Source of the DNA: an uncultured Gemmatimonadales bacterium
Lineage (GTDB): Bacteria; Gemmatimonadota; Gemmatimonadetes; Gemmatimonadales; Gemmatimonadaceae
Direction: 5' to 3'
Assembly (NCBI GenBank): GCA_963850905.1
Contig: CAWKMU010000004.1
Coordinates: forward strand, 32,001-96,000
DNA length: 64,000 nt
The position numbers and the translations under genes are program-made. Position 1 is the first letter of the stretch. The number at the start of each line of letters is the position of its first letter. Positions 30,105-38,891 of the stretch are shown here, piece after piece. Below the pieces are notes generated by a model, which did no database searches, was not told the DNA's origin, and worked only from the letters and a program-made list of their open reading frames with translations.

Positions 30105-31362
30105 TCGCCGGGGCCTGGCGTACGGCCCCGCGTCCGACGCGGCCGTTGCCGTCCCGGCCAGCCGCACGCGGTCCCAGCTCGCGGACTGGATCGATCGCGA
30201 CGTCCCTGCGACACAGAGCATCGTCCTTCGATACCGCCACGCGTTTGCATTCGGCGAGCCGTCCGTCGACCGACTGTTCAAGGACCTGCTCGCCGCCGCC
30301 AGCATTCGTGAAGGCGCCCGCATCGTCCCGCTCGTCCGCTACAAGGGAGTGGATATCTGGCTCATGGACGAGACGTCCATGATGCACAGCCGGACGCTCA
30401 AGTCCATCGACGGATGCGTCACCACCGCGCGCTGCAAGCTCGGCGGGGTGGACCGCGTGGTGCTCGAGACAGGCGGCAACACGGGCTCGGCGCTCACCGC
30501 TTATGGAACCCGCTGCGGACTCGATACCTATTGCTTCGTCCCCGCCGAAAATCTCTCGCTGCTCGACAGTAAAGCGTTTGCCTCACCCCGCGCCCACCTG
30601 GTCGCCGTCGAGGACCCCGGATCGGTCAAGCCGGCGGCGCGAGCGTTCGGTGAAATGCACGGCCTCACACACATCCCAAAGGTTGCCTGGCGCTACAATG
30701 CGTCGCGCTTTCGCGGGATGCTCATCCTGGAACACGGTCTCGAGGACGGTCGCTTCGACTGGATCGCGCAAAGCATCAGCGCCGCCTTCGGTCCAATTGG
30801 GATCTATTGGACGCTCCGGCATTTCGGCGCGAAGGGCGGCCGTTTGCCGCGCTTCCTCGGCGTTCAGCAGCGAGCGAATTGCCCGATGTACCGGTCGTGG
30901 GCCGGCCGACGCAAGACGCTCCGCGCCACGACGCTCACATCGACGAGCGGCCTGCTCGCCCGGACAATGTACGATGTCAAGCCTCACACATATGGCACGT
31001 ACCGCGAGCTCGTCGGCCTGTTGGAGGAAACCAGAGGCGAGTTGCTCACGGTCGACCACGCCGAATTCGACCGATTCCTGACCACTGATCTCGGCGGGCA
31101 ATCGGTGCGCGAGTTGCTCGTGGCGCTCAGTATCGACGTCGGCCAGAGCGTGGTCGAGAAAACGGGGCTCATGGCACTGGCCGGCACACTCAAGCTCATC
31201 GATGCCGGTGAGGTACCCCGCGGGAAGCGTATCCTGTGCTGCCTGACGAGTGGCATCCCAACCGGCGACGGACAAGCGACCCCTGAGTTCACGATTCGGA
31301 ATCTCCACAGTGTCCTCGGCGACTACAGCGAGCAGGTGATGCAGGTCGACGCGCGTGCGTGA
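30076..31362 (+). CDS. PLP-dependent fold-type II enzyme (threonine synthase-like)
   Basis: SRTLKSIDG (PLP Lys, cf. TGSFKDRG), ETGGNTGSAL, RFLGVQ, CCLTSG. Confidence 0.75.
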   Translation: MTASAVRTSDRRGLAYGPASDAAVAVPASRTRSQLADWIDRDVPATQSIVLRYRHAFAFGEPSVDRLFKDLLAAASIREGARIVPLVRYKGVDIWLMDETSMMHSRTLKSIDGCVTTARCKLGGVDRVVLETGGNTGSALTAYGTRCGLDTYCFVPAENLSLLDSKAFASPRAHLVAVEDPGSVKPAARAFGEMHGLTHIPKVAWRYNASRFRGMLILEHGLEDGRFDWIAQSISAAFGPIGIYWTLRHFGAKGGRLPRFLGVQQRANCPMYRSWAGRRKTLRATTLTSTSGLLARTMYDVKPHTYGTYRELVGLLEETRGELLTVDHAEFDRFLTTDLGGQSVRELLVALSIDVGQSVVEKTGLMALAGTLKLIDAGEVPRGKRILCCLTSGIPTGDGQATPEFTIRNLHSVLGDYSEQVMQVDARA

Positions 31363-32296
31363 GACCGGGCCGGCAGTCGCGCTGCGCGACGTCACGCTTC
31401 GCGAAGGACTCGACACCCCCGGTGTCGCCTTCACGAGAAGTCAGCGAGCAACAATTGCCCGCGCCCTTGCTACTGCTGGCATTCGTGAGCTCGAGGTGGT
31501 CGCACCGAGCCGCGTCCGGGCCGACGTCGGGATCGCCGCCGGCATCCGTGATATCGGCACGCCGGTCCGGCTGACGGGCTTGATCTATGCTTTCGCACCA
31601 ACGGCGGAACAAGACGTGTGCGCGACGGTCGGCGTGTTGGATCACATCGACCTGTTGGTGCCACTCGCCGCAGCGCGCGGACCGGCGAGCACCGATGCGA
31701 AACGCGACCGTCTCCTCGAGGTGCTTGCGATGGCGCGCAACGTGGGTGCAGAGACGGGTGTCGGCTTTCCACACGCCACCCAGGTGGAACCATCGATCGT
31801 CGCCGAGCTCGCGGCGGCGGCCGCGGCCGCTGGCGCGACGCGCGTGACCATCTACGACACCAATGGCAGTGCAACGCCGGCCACCGTCCGATCCCTCGTT
31901 GCCGCGGTCGGCCGGGGCGTCGCCATCGACATCTTTTACCACGGCCACAATGACCTGGGGCTCGCAACCGCCAATGCCCTGGCGGCTGTAGATGCCGGCG
32001 CGGATGGGCTCGACGTCACGGTGAACGGCCTCGGTGATCGCGCAGGCAACGCGTCGCTGGAGCAGGTTGCGCTCGCCCTCACCCTCGCGGGCCGACACAC
32101 CGGCGTCGTGCTCACCGAGCTCCAGGCACTCTCACTCGTGGTCGAACGAGAAAGCGGTGTCCCGATCTCGCCACTCGCACCGGTGGTGGGCCGCTTCGCC
32201 GTCAGGCACCGATCTCCTGCCCATCTGCCCCATCCCGAGCTGTTCGAGGCATACGATCCGGCGTTAGTCGGCGTGGCACGCACGCTCGATGCCTAG
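31355..32296 (+). CDS. DRE-TIM metallolyase, homocitrate/isopropylmalate synthase-like (HMGL-like domain), no regulatory domain
   Basis: DVTLREGLDTPG, IYDTNG, HGHNDLGLATAN, NGLGDRAGNASLE. Confidence 0.85.
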   Translation: MRETGPAVALRDVTLREGLDTPGVAFTRSQRATIARALATAGIRELEVVAPSRVRADVGIAAGIRDIGTPVRLTGLIYAFAPTAEQDVCATVGVLDHIDLLVPLAAARGPASTDAKRDRLLEVLAMARNVGAETGVGFPHATQVEPSIVAELAAAAAAAGATRVTIYDTNGSATPATVRSLVAAVGRGVAIDIFYHGHNDLGLATANALAAVDAGADGLDVTVNGLGDRAGNASLEQVALALTLAGRHTGVVLTELQALSLVVERESGVPISPLAPVVGRFAVRHRSPAHLPHPELFEAYDPALVGVARTLDA

Positions 32297-35090
32297 CGAC
32301 GCCACCGACACGTCGGCGGGACCGTCGATCGCCCGCATGCCAGTAGCGGACACGGCGCACAATGGTGCGGTGAGCAGAACGGTGCCCCTGACGGTCGAAC
32401 AGTCGATCTCGCGGTGCTTCGAGCGCCAGGCAAGACGCTACGCCTCGCGCACCGCGGTAGTTGGCGCGAATGCGGCCCTGACGTACGCGCAACTCAATGC
32501 ATGGGCCAATCGGTGGGCTCGGGGGCTGCTGGCGCACTCCAACACGCCGTCGCAGCTCGTCGCAATCCTGCTTCCCAAGGATGCCGCGCTATTCGCTGCG
32601 ATTCTCGGCACGCTGAAGGCCGGTAAGGCGTACGTCGTGCTCGATCCGTCGCATCCGGCGCACCGTCTGGCAACCCTGCTCGACGACGCTGGCACCGGGA
32701 CCACGATCGTCACCGACCGAGAGTTGGAGTCGACTGCACGCGAGCTCGCCGGCTCCACGTCGTCGCGTCATCAGGTCCTGCGCATCGACGACCCTGGACT
32801 CGACGAGCATGCCGCGTCCGATCTGGAGTTTACCCCAACCAGCGACGCGTTGGCATACCTCATCTATACCTCGGGATCCACCGGCACCCCGAAGGGGGTG
32901 ATGCAGACGCACGGCAACGTGCTCTCCAACACCAGCCGGCACGTGAAGGCGCTACGCGTGACACACGCAGATCGGCTCACGCTCATCGCTTCGCCAGCCA
33001 CGGGCCAAGCGGCGACCGACATCTACTGCACCTTGCTGACCGGTGCGACAGTGTATCCGGTGGACGTGCGCACCGTGGGCTTCGACCGCCTCGCGCGCTG
33101 GCTCCGTCGTCAAGAGATCACGATCTATCATTCCAGCGCCTCGATGTTTCGGTCGCTGCTCGACGCGCTGGAAGAGACCGACACGATTCCACGTGTGCGC
33201 GTTGTGAAGCTCGGGAGCGAGCAGGTGTACCGGCGCGATGTCGAGCGGGGGCGGCTGCACTTTCCAACGCATTGCGTGTTCGTCAACGCGCTGTCGTCGA
33301 GTGAAGCAGGGGTCATGCGTCAGATACACCTCGAGCATGATGCGCCTCTCGACTTCGGCAGCGTCGTTCCCGTCGGATATCCCGTCGAGCACATCAATGT
33401 GTCGTTGGTGGATGCCGAGCGGCGCCCGGTGCCGCCTGGCGACCCAGGCGAGATCGTCGTGCGCGGCGAATACCTCAGCCCGGGATACTGGAAGCGCCCA
33501 GAGCTGACGCGCGCCGCCTTCGGCTGTGACCCGAGTGGCGGACCGGCTCGATCGTTCTCGACGGGCGACCACGGACGCATCACGCCCGACGGACGGCTGG
33601 TTTACCTGGGACGAAGCGACGACCAGGTGAAGATCAGAGGCTTTCGAGTCGAGACCGCCGAAGTGGAAGCCGCGATTGTCGATCATCCTGCCGTGCGCCA
33701 GGCGGTCGTGCGTGTGCTGCGCGATGACGCGGGCCAGGCCACGTTGGCTGCCTATGTCGTGCCGCGCGAGGGAGCGGCGCTCACCTCCCGCGAGCTGGAC
33801 CGAGTCCTTCGGACCCGGCTTCCGCTGCACATGATCCCCACTGCACTCGCGATCCTGGGTTCGCTCCCGCTCACGACGAGCGGCAAGCTCAATGTGCAGG
33901 CCCTTCCACCGATCAGTCGCTCCCCACGCAGTGGCGGAAGCACCGAGTACAGAAAGCCGCGCACACAGATCGAGATCCTCCTCGCGAACATTTGGGAGGA
34001 GCTGCTGGGCGTCGGTCCCGTGGGTGTGCACGACGACTTTTTTGACCTGGGTGGCCACTCGTTGCTGGCGATCCAGATGATGGATCGGGCGGAAAAAGTG
34101 TGCGGATTGAGAGTGCCGCTATCGACCCTCCTTCGCGGCGCGACCATCGAGCAGTTGACCGCCGAAATGCTCCGATCGGACCCCAACCCGATGGACGCGC
34201 GACTCATCGAGCTGCAGCCCGGCACGGGACTGCGGCCATTCGTGTTCCTGCATGGAGAGTTCAACGGCGGCGGCGTCTATTGCCGGCAGCTCGCCGCGCG
34301 CCTTGGACCCGACCGGCCCTTCGCCGTCATTCCGCCGCATGGACACGACGGTGACGACATCCCGGCAACGATCGAAGCGATGGCCGCGGACCGACTGCAC
34401 GCCCTGCTCGAATACCAGCCCCAGGGTCCATACTTGCTCGGCGGCTATTGCAATGGCGGTCTCGTAGCGTTCGAGATGGCCCGCCAACTCGAGCGGCGGG
34501 GCGCATTGGTCGACCTGCTCGTGTTGGTGGATGCCAGAGCGCTCAACGTCAGGTTCGCATGGCTGCAACGTCTCGTGGCGATCCTTGGGCGAGTGACCGG
34601 TCTCGGCGACCAGGCGCGCTCCGACACCTTCTTCGTCCTGCGATCGCTGGCTATCGCGCTGCACAACGGCCCCCGCACCTTTGGCCGGGAGCTGCTGCAC
34701 CGCGCGCGGCGGGCAGCCCACCGGATGAAAAGCGGGGCGCATGCCTCGGTGCGCCGACGCATTGGGGCCGCGGCCGTGCGGGCACACGACGCGCGCCCGA
34801 TCGACGCCATCTACGATGAGGCGTTCAAGGTGTACCGCGACATCATGGATCGATACGTACCGGCCCGATACGAAGGCCGCGTCGCTCTGTTCCACTCTCG
34901 CGGCATGGCCCAGCGTTCACCGCGCGACGCAACCGCAGGATGGGGCCGGGTCGTGCCGGACCCCAAACTGCATTTCATCCCTGGCGAGCACCAGACTTGC
35001 CTGACGGATCACCTGGACGTCCTCGCGACACAACTATCCGCGGTCCTTGCACAGGTCGACGCGGGGCACCCGGCGTTGCACGAGACATGA
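32289..35090 (+). CDS. Stand-alone NRPS-like protein, A-T-TE
   Basis: A3 LAYLIYTSGSTGTPKG, A8 GRSDDQVKIRGFRVE, T domain DFFDLGGHSLL, TE GYCNGG and PGEH. Confidence 0.93.
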   Translation: MPSDATDTSAGPSIARMPVADTAHNGAVSRTVPLTVEQSISRCFERQARRYASRTAVVGANAALTYAQLNAWANRWARGLLAHSNTPSQLVAILLPKDAALFAAILGTLKAGKAYVVLDPSHPAHRLATLLDDAGTGTTIVTDRELESTARELAGSTSSRHQVLRIDDPGLDEHAASDLEFTPTSDALAYLIYTSGSTGTPKGVMQTHGNVLSNTSRHVKALRVTHADRLTLIASPATGQAATDIYCTLLTGATVYPVDVRTVGFDRLARWLRRQEITIYHSSASMFRSLLDALEETDTIPRVRVVKLGSEQVYRRDVERGRLHFPTHCVFVNALSSSEAGVMRQIHLEHDAPLDFGSVVPVGYPVEHINVSLVDAERRPVPPGDPGEIVVRGEYLSPGYWKRPELTRAAFGCDPSGGPARSFSTGDHGRITPDGRLVYLGRSDDQVKIRGFRVETAEVEAAIVDHPAVRQAVVRVLRDDAGQATLAAYVVPREGAALTSRELDRVLRTRLPLHMIPTALAILGSLPLTTSGKLNVQALPPISRSPRSGGSTEYRKPRTQIEILLANIWEELLGVGPVGVHDDFFDLGGHSLLAIQMMDRAEKVCGLRVPLSTLLRGATIEQLTAEMLRSDPNPMDARLIELQPGTGLRPFVFLHGEFNGGGVYCRQLAARLGPDRPFAVIPPHGHDGDDIPATIEAMAADRLHALLEYQPQGPYLLGGYCNGGLVAFEMARQLERRGALVDLLVLVDARALNVRFAWLQRLVAILGRVTGLGDQARSDTFFVLRSLAIALHNGPRTFGRELLHRARRAAHRMKSGAHASVRRRIGAAAVRAHDARPIDAIYDEAFKVYRDIMDRYVPARYEGRVALFHSRGMAQRSPRDATAGWGRVVPDPKLHFIPGEHQTCLTDHLDVLATQLSAVLAQVDAGHPALHET

Positions 35091-35776
35091 TCTCGGAGCT
35101 GCTCCCGGCCTGCATCCGGGCCATCGAAACGGACGGTGAACCAGTCGCCGCGGATCCATGCATTGAGGAGCTCGCGTCACTCGGGCGAATGGCTGAGGGA
35201 CGACTGCGCGAGTTTCGGCTCGCCCGTCACTGCGCGCGCCGCGCGCTCTTCCAGCTCGGCCTCCCGCCGCGGCCAATCCCCGTAGGCCACGATCGCTGCC
35301 CCATCTGGCCGCACGGGGTCGTGGGCAGCATTACACACTGCTGGGACTATCGTGCCGCCGCGGTTGCCTTTCGCGCGCGTGTGGCTGGCGTCGGCATCGA
35401 CGCCGAGGTGAATGAGCTCCTCCCGCCGTCTACATTGTCGGTCGTCGTATCGCCAGCAGAACGCGAGGCGATCGGGGCGCTGCCACGCATCGGCGTCGCC
35501 TGGGACCGCCTCGTATTCAGCGCAAAAGAAAGCGCGTACAAAGTGTGGTATCCGATCATGCGATCGTGGCTGGATTTCGACGGCGCGCGGATTCACATCC
35601 ACCCCGATCCGACGGGCGGGCATCGCGGGTCGCTCACAGTGCAACTCCTCGCATCGCCACTCGTCGTCGACGATCGCCTCGTAGACCGGCTAGAAGGCCG
35701 CTACGCCGTCGACTCCGGGCGGATCGTCACCGCGATCGCCGTCAACGCCATTCCTTCGGTAGACTCGACCGGGTAG
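35087..35776 (+). CDS. 4'-phosphopantetheinyl transferase (EntD/Npt-type)
   Basis: PIWPHGVVGSITH, GIDAE, FSAKESAYK; ATGA overlap with the NRPS gene. Confidence 0.92.
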   Translation: MISELLPACIRAIETDGEPVAADPCIEELASLGRMAEGRLREFRLARHCARRALFQLGLPPRPIPVGHDRCPIWPHGVVGSITHCWDYRAAAVAFRARVAGVGIDAEVNELLPPSTLSVVVSPAEREAIGALPRIGVAWDRLVFSAKESAYKVWYPIMRSWLDFDGARIHIHPDPTGGHRGSLTVQLLASPLVVDDRLVDRLEGRYAVDSGRIVTAIAVNAIPSVDSTG

Positions 35777-35789
35777 ACAGAGCCATCCC

Positions 35790-36257
35790 ATGACAACGCG
35801 CGAGCACCTCGCCGACGCCCTCGGCTGGCATGAGGCCCACGTGACCTTCGATGACGCGGTCGAAGGCCTTTCGCCCGACCTGCGCGGCCGACGTCCCCCA
35901 GGATTCCCACACTCGCCGTGGGAGCTAGTGGAACACCTCCGGCTCACCCAACACGACCTCCTCGACTTCTGTCGAGACCCGGCGTATGAGGCGCCACCCT
36001 GGCCGGTTGGCTACTGGCCGAATGAGGCCGCGCCCCCGAGACCGCGTGCATGGGACGAGAGCCTGCGAGCCTACCGCGACGACCGCCGAGCATTCCAGGA
36101 GCTCGTGCGGGACACGGCCATCAAGCTGGAGGACCGCATCCCCCATGGCGAAGGCCAGACGTACATACGCGAGGTCCTCCTCGCGATCGACCACGCGGCC
36201 TATCACGTCGGCCAGCTGGTCGCCGTGCGTCAGGCCCTCGGCGCCTGGAAGACGTAG
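35790..36257 (+). CDS. DinB-family protein
   Basis: HSPWELVEHLRL...DHAAYHVGQL. Confidence 0.88.
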   Translation: MTTREHLADALGWHEAHVTFDDAVEGLSPDLRGRRPPGFPHSPWELVEHLRLTQHDLLDFCRDPAYEAPPWPVGYWPNEAAPPRPRAWDESLRAYRDDRRAFQELVRDTAIKLEDRIPHGEGQTYIREVLLAIDHAAYHVGQLVAVRQALGAWKT

Positions 36258-36275
36258 GGGACGGCTACCGCGGCG

Positions 36276-36701
36276 CTACGCTGGAGCCGCAGTTCGGGTC
36301 CCTTGCACGGCTGGACGGACTAGCCGGCTGGCGACGAGAGCGAACAAGCCGAGGATGATGCCCGACAGCAGGCCGATGAGGGGGCCCATCAGGAGCATCA
36401 TGACGCGCGGATGTCGGGCCAGCGGCATCGAAGCCATCATCTGCATTTCCTGCGGGTGCCTGGGCACATACTGATGGAACAGCAGCAGGTGCGCGCCGGT
36501 CACCCACACGCTGTTCGCGAGACCGACCAGCACGCCATGCAAGAAGGGACTGCCACCCCCGAAGCGCGCGATGGCATAGGCCGAGATCAGAAACACGACC
36601 AGCCAGCACACCGGCTCGACGGTGGACGGGATCAAGAAGACCGTGCCGACACCCATGAGGAGACCGAAGAGCGACAGCTGGATGATGAGCTTCGCATTCA
36701 T
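36276..36701 (-). CDS. Four-TM hypothetical membrane protein
   Basis: Hydrophobic segments, ATG start, fills the intergenic gap. Confidence 0.7.
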   Translation of the reverse strand: MNAKLIIQLSLFGLLMGVGTVFLIPSTVEPVCWLVVFLISAYAIARFGGGSPFLHGVLVGLANSVWVTGAHLLLFHQYVPRHPQEMQMMASMPLARHPRVMMLLMGPLIGLLSGIILGLFALVASRLVRPAVQGTRTAAPA

Positions 36702-36741
36702 GGCGCGCTCCGTCGTAGCGAGAGTTGGCCTGCCAGCAATG

Positions 36742-38694
36742 TCACTGTGTCACTTTGAGATACTTGTCGAGCCAGTCAACGGTGCGGGTGATCGCGTCGA
36801 TTTGATTCTCTCGCTTCGAGAAACCGTGTCCCTCGCCCGCGTAGTAATGGGCTTCGACCGTCTTTCCGTCTTTGGTGAGCAGATTGACGACCTGCTCCGC
36901 CTCCTCCTTCGGCACGCGGGGATCGTTGTCGCCCTGAAGCACCAGTAGCGGTGCTTTGACCGCGTGAATGAAGGTGATGGGCGAGGTGGCCTCGTAGACT
37001 TTCTTGTCCTTCTCCGGATCGCCCAACAATCCGATGATGTATTGCTGGAGGGATGGATCCGACCGATGCACCATGGTGCTCCAGTTGATGATCCCGTACT
37101 CCTCGACGGCGGCCGCCCAGATGTCCGGCACCTTGCCGATCGCCATGAGCGTCATGAACCCGCCGTAGGACCCCCCGGTGATGCCGATGCGCTTCGGATC
37201 CACGTAGCCCGTCGCCACCAGGAACTTCGTTGCAAAGACCTCGTCCTGCAAATCTCCGCCGCCCAGGTCCTGGTAATTGGCCTTTTGGAAATCCATCCCG
37301 TACCCGGTCGATCCACGCACGTTGGGAGCGATGCAGACGTAGCCGCGCGATACCAGTGCGGCGATGTCGGGCGTCCACGAATCGACCACCTGCCCGGTCG
37401 GACCGCCATGAGGCAGCACGAGCGCCGGCGCCGCCGCTGCCCGCTGCAGGTTGTTCGGCACCCACAGCAGCGCGCTGATCATCTTCCCGTCGAAGCCGCG
37501 ATAGTGCACGATGTGCGCGGGGGGCAGGGCCGCGCCGTTCAGGCTCGCGATCGCCGAATGCGTGAGCTGGTGCGACGTGCGCGAGGCGCTGGTGTAGACC
37601 CAAAAATCCCCCGGGCGCGTCGAGCTCTCGTGCGCGATGAGGAGCCGGTCCCCCGATGGCGCGAATGACGTCGGATACGCCGCAAGCCCATTGAACCCCG
37701 GGTCCATCGGTACGCGCGTCGCGTGCATCGTGGCGGGGTCGACGAGGTACACATTGGTCATCCCATTGGCATTCAACGTGTACGTGAATGACTGACCGGC
37801 TGGGGAGAAGTCTCCCGCCGTCGCCTCCCATTTCGTGTCAGTGGCCCATGTGAGACGTTTCGTGGCAACGTCGAGTAGCGCGACGTTGAGAAATCCTCCC
37901 TTGGCGTTCGAAGACACCAGCAACGTCTTTCCGTCGGGCGACAGTGAGGTCGCAAGGTTGATCACCTTGTCCGTGTGCGCCGTGAGATTCGTGGTCGCAC
38001 CACTCGCGACATCCACCGCATAGACATCCGCATCCGTGTAGTTGATGTCGACCCGATTCGCATAGAGCGTCTTCCCATCGGGACTCCACGCGACGGAGCT
38101 CCAACCATGATCGGGCGTCGCCTCGTGCGTGAGCTTGGACACCCGGTGGGTGTTCCAGTCGAGGAGCGCGAGATCGTACACCTTGCCGTCTTTCGGCTTG
38201 TAGTTGAGCGCGATCGTGCGCCCATCCGGCGACCAGCGCGGCGCTTCCTCACGGATATCCGGGGTGTTTGTGAGGTCGATGGGCGTCCCGCCACTACTCG
38301 GCACCGCGTAGACGTCCCACAGCTCGTTGCCGCCTGCATCCTGCTGGTATGCGATCCACTTGCCGTCGGGGGACCAGGTCGCGTTGAACTGGCGATCGTC
38401 AGACTGGACGAGTTGGATCGGCCATCCGCCGGCAGCGCTCACCTTCCAGAGATTCAACCGGCCTGCCAGGTCCGTCGTGAACGCGATCTCTTTGCCATCG
38501 GGGGACCACGACGCGCCGAATGTTGAACGCGTGTAGAAGAGATCGGAGATCGGAACGGGCCGCGCCCGCTGATCGACGGCAGATGAGATGGAGCGTGGAT
38601 CGGTGAGCTGACGGGTGTCCGGTCCCGACGCTTGTGCGAGCAGCAGCTCGCACGACAAAGGCGTCATCAGAGCAACGATTGAAAACAGACGCAT
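36742..38694 (-). CDS. S9-family peptidase with TolB-like beta-propeller
   Basis: WSPDG repeats, HGGP, GGSYGG, DPRV, EGHGF. Confidence 0.95.
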   Translation of the reverse strand: MRLFSIVALMTPLSCELLLAQASGPDTRQLTDPRSISSAVDQRARPVPISDLFYTRSTFGASWSPDGKEIAFTTDLAGRLNLWKVSAAGGWPIQLVQSDDRQFNATWSPDGKWIAYQQDAGGNELWDVYAVPSSGGTPIDLTNTPDIREEAPRWSPDGRTIALNYKPKDGKVYDLALLDWNTHRVSKLTHEATPDHGWSSVAWSPDGKTLYANRVDINYTDADVYAVDVASGATTNLTAHTDKVINLATSLSPDGKTLLVSSNAKGGFLNVALLDVATKRLTWATDTKWEATAGDFSPAGQSFTYTLNANGMTNVYLVDPATMHATRVPMDPGFNGLAAYPTSFAPSGDRLLIAHESSTRPGDFWVYTSASRTSHQLTHSAIASLNGAALPPAHIVHYRGFDGKMISALLWVPNNLQRAAAAPALVLPHGGPTGQVVDSWTPDIAALVSRGYVCIAPNVRGSTGYGMDFQKANYQDLGGGDLQDEVFATKFLVATGYVDPKRIGITGGSYGGFMTLMAIGKVPDIWAAAVEEYGIINWSTMVHRSDPSLQQYIIGLLGDPEKDKKVYEATSPITFIHAVKAPLLVLQGDNDPRVPKEEAEQVVNLLTKDGKTVEAHYYAGEGHGFSKRENQIDAITRTVDWLDKYLKVTQ

Positions 38695-38891
38695 TTGTGT
38701 CTCGAAGGCGGGTGAGAGATGTCTTCAATACGAACCGCGGCGGGGTGGTTTCGCCACGACCACCGCCACGCGCAAGCGATCCCTCATCCTAACTCAGACC
38801 GTCGGTCTGTGAAGCACTCCCTTCAATCCCCACCCGTCCGAAGGTTTGCCTCCGGAGTATTCGCTGGCACGCAAGCCCGGTCGAAGACCAG

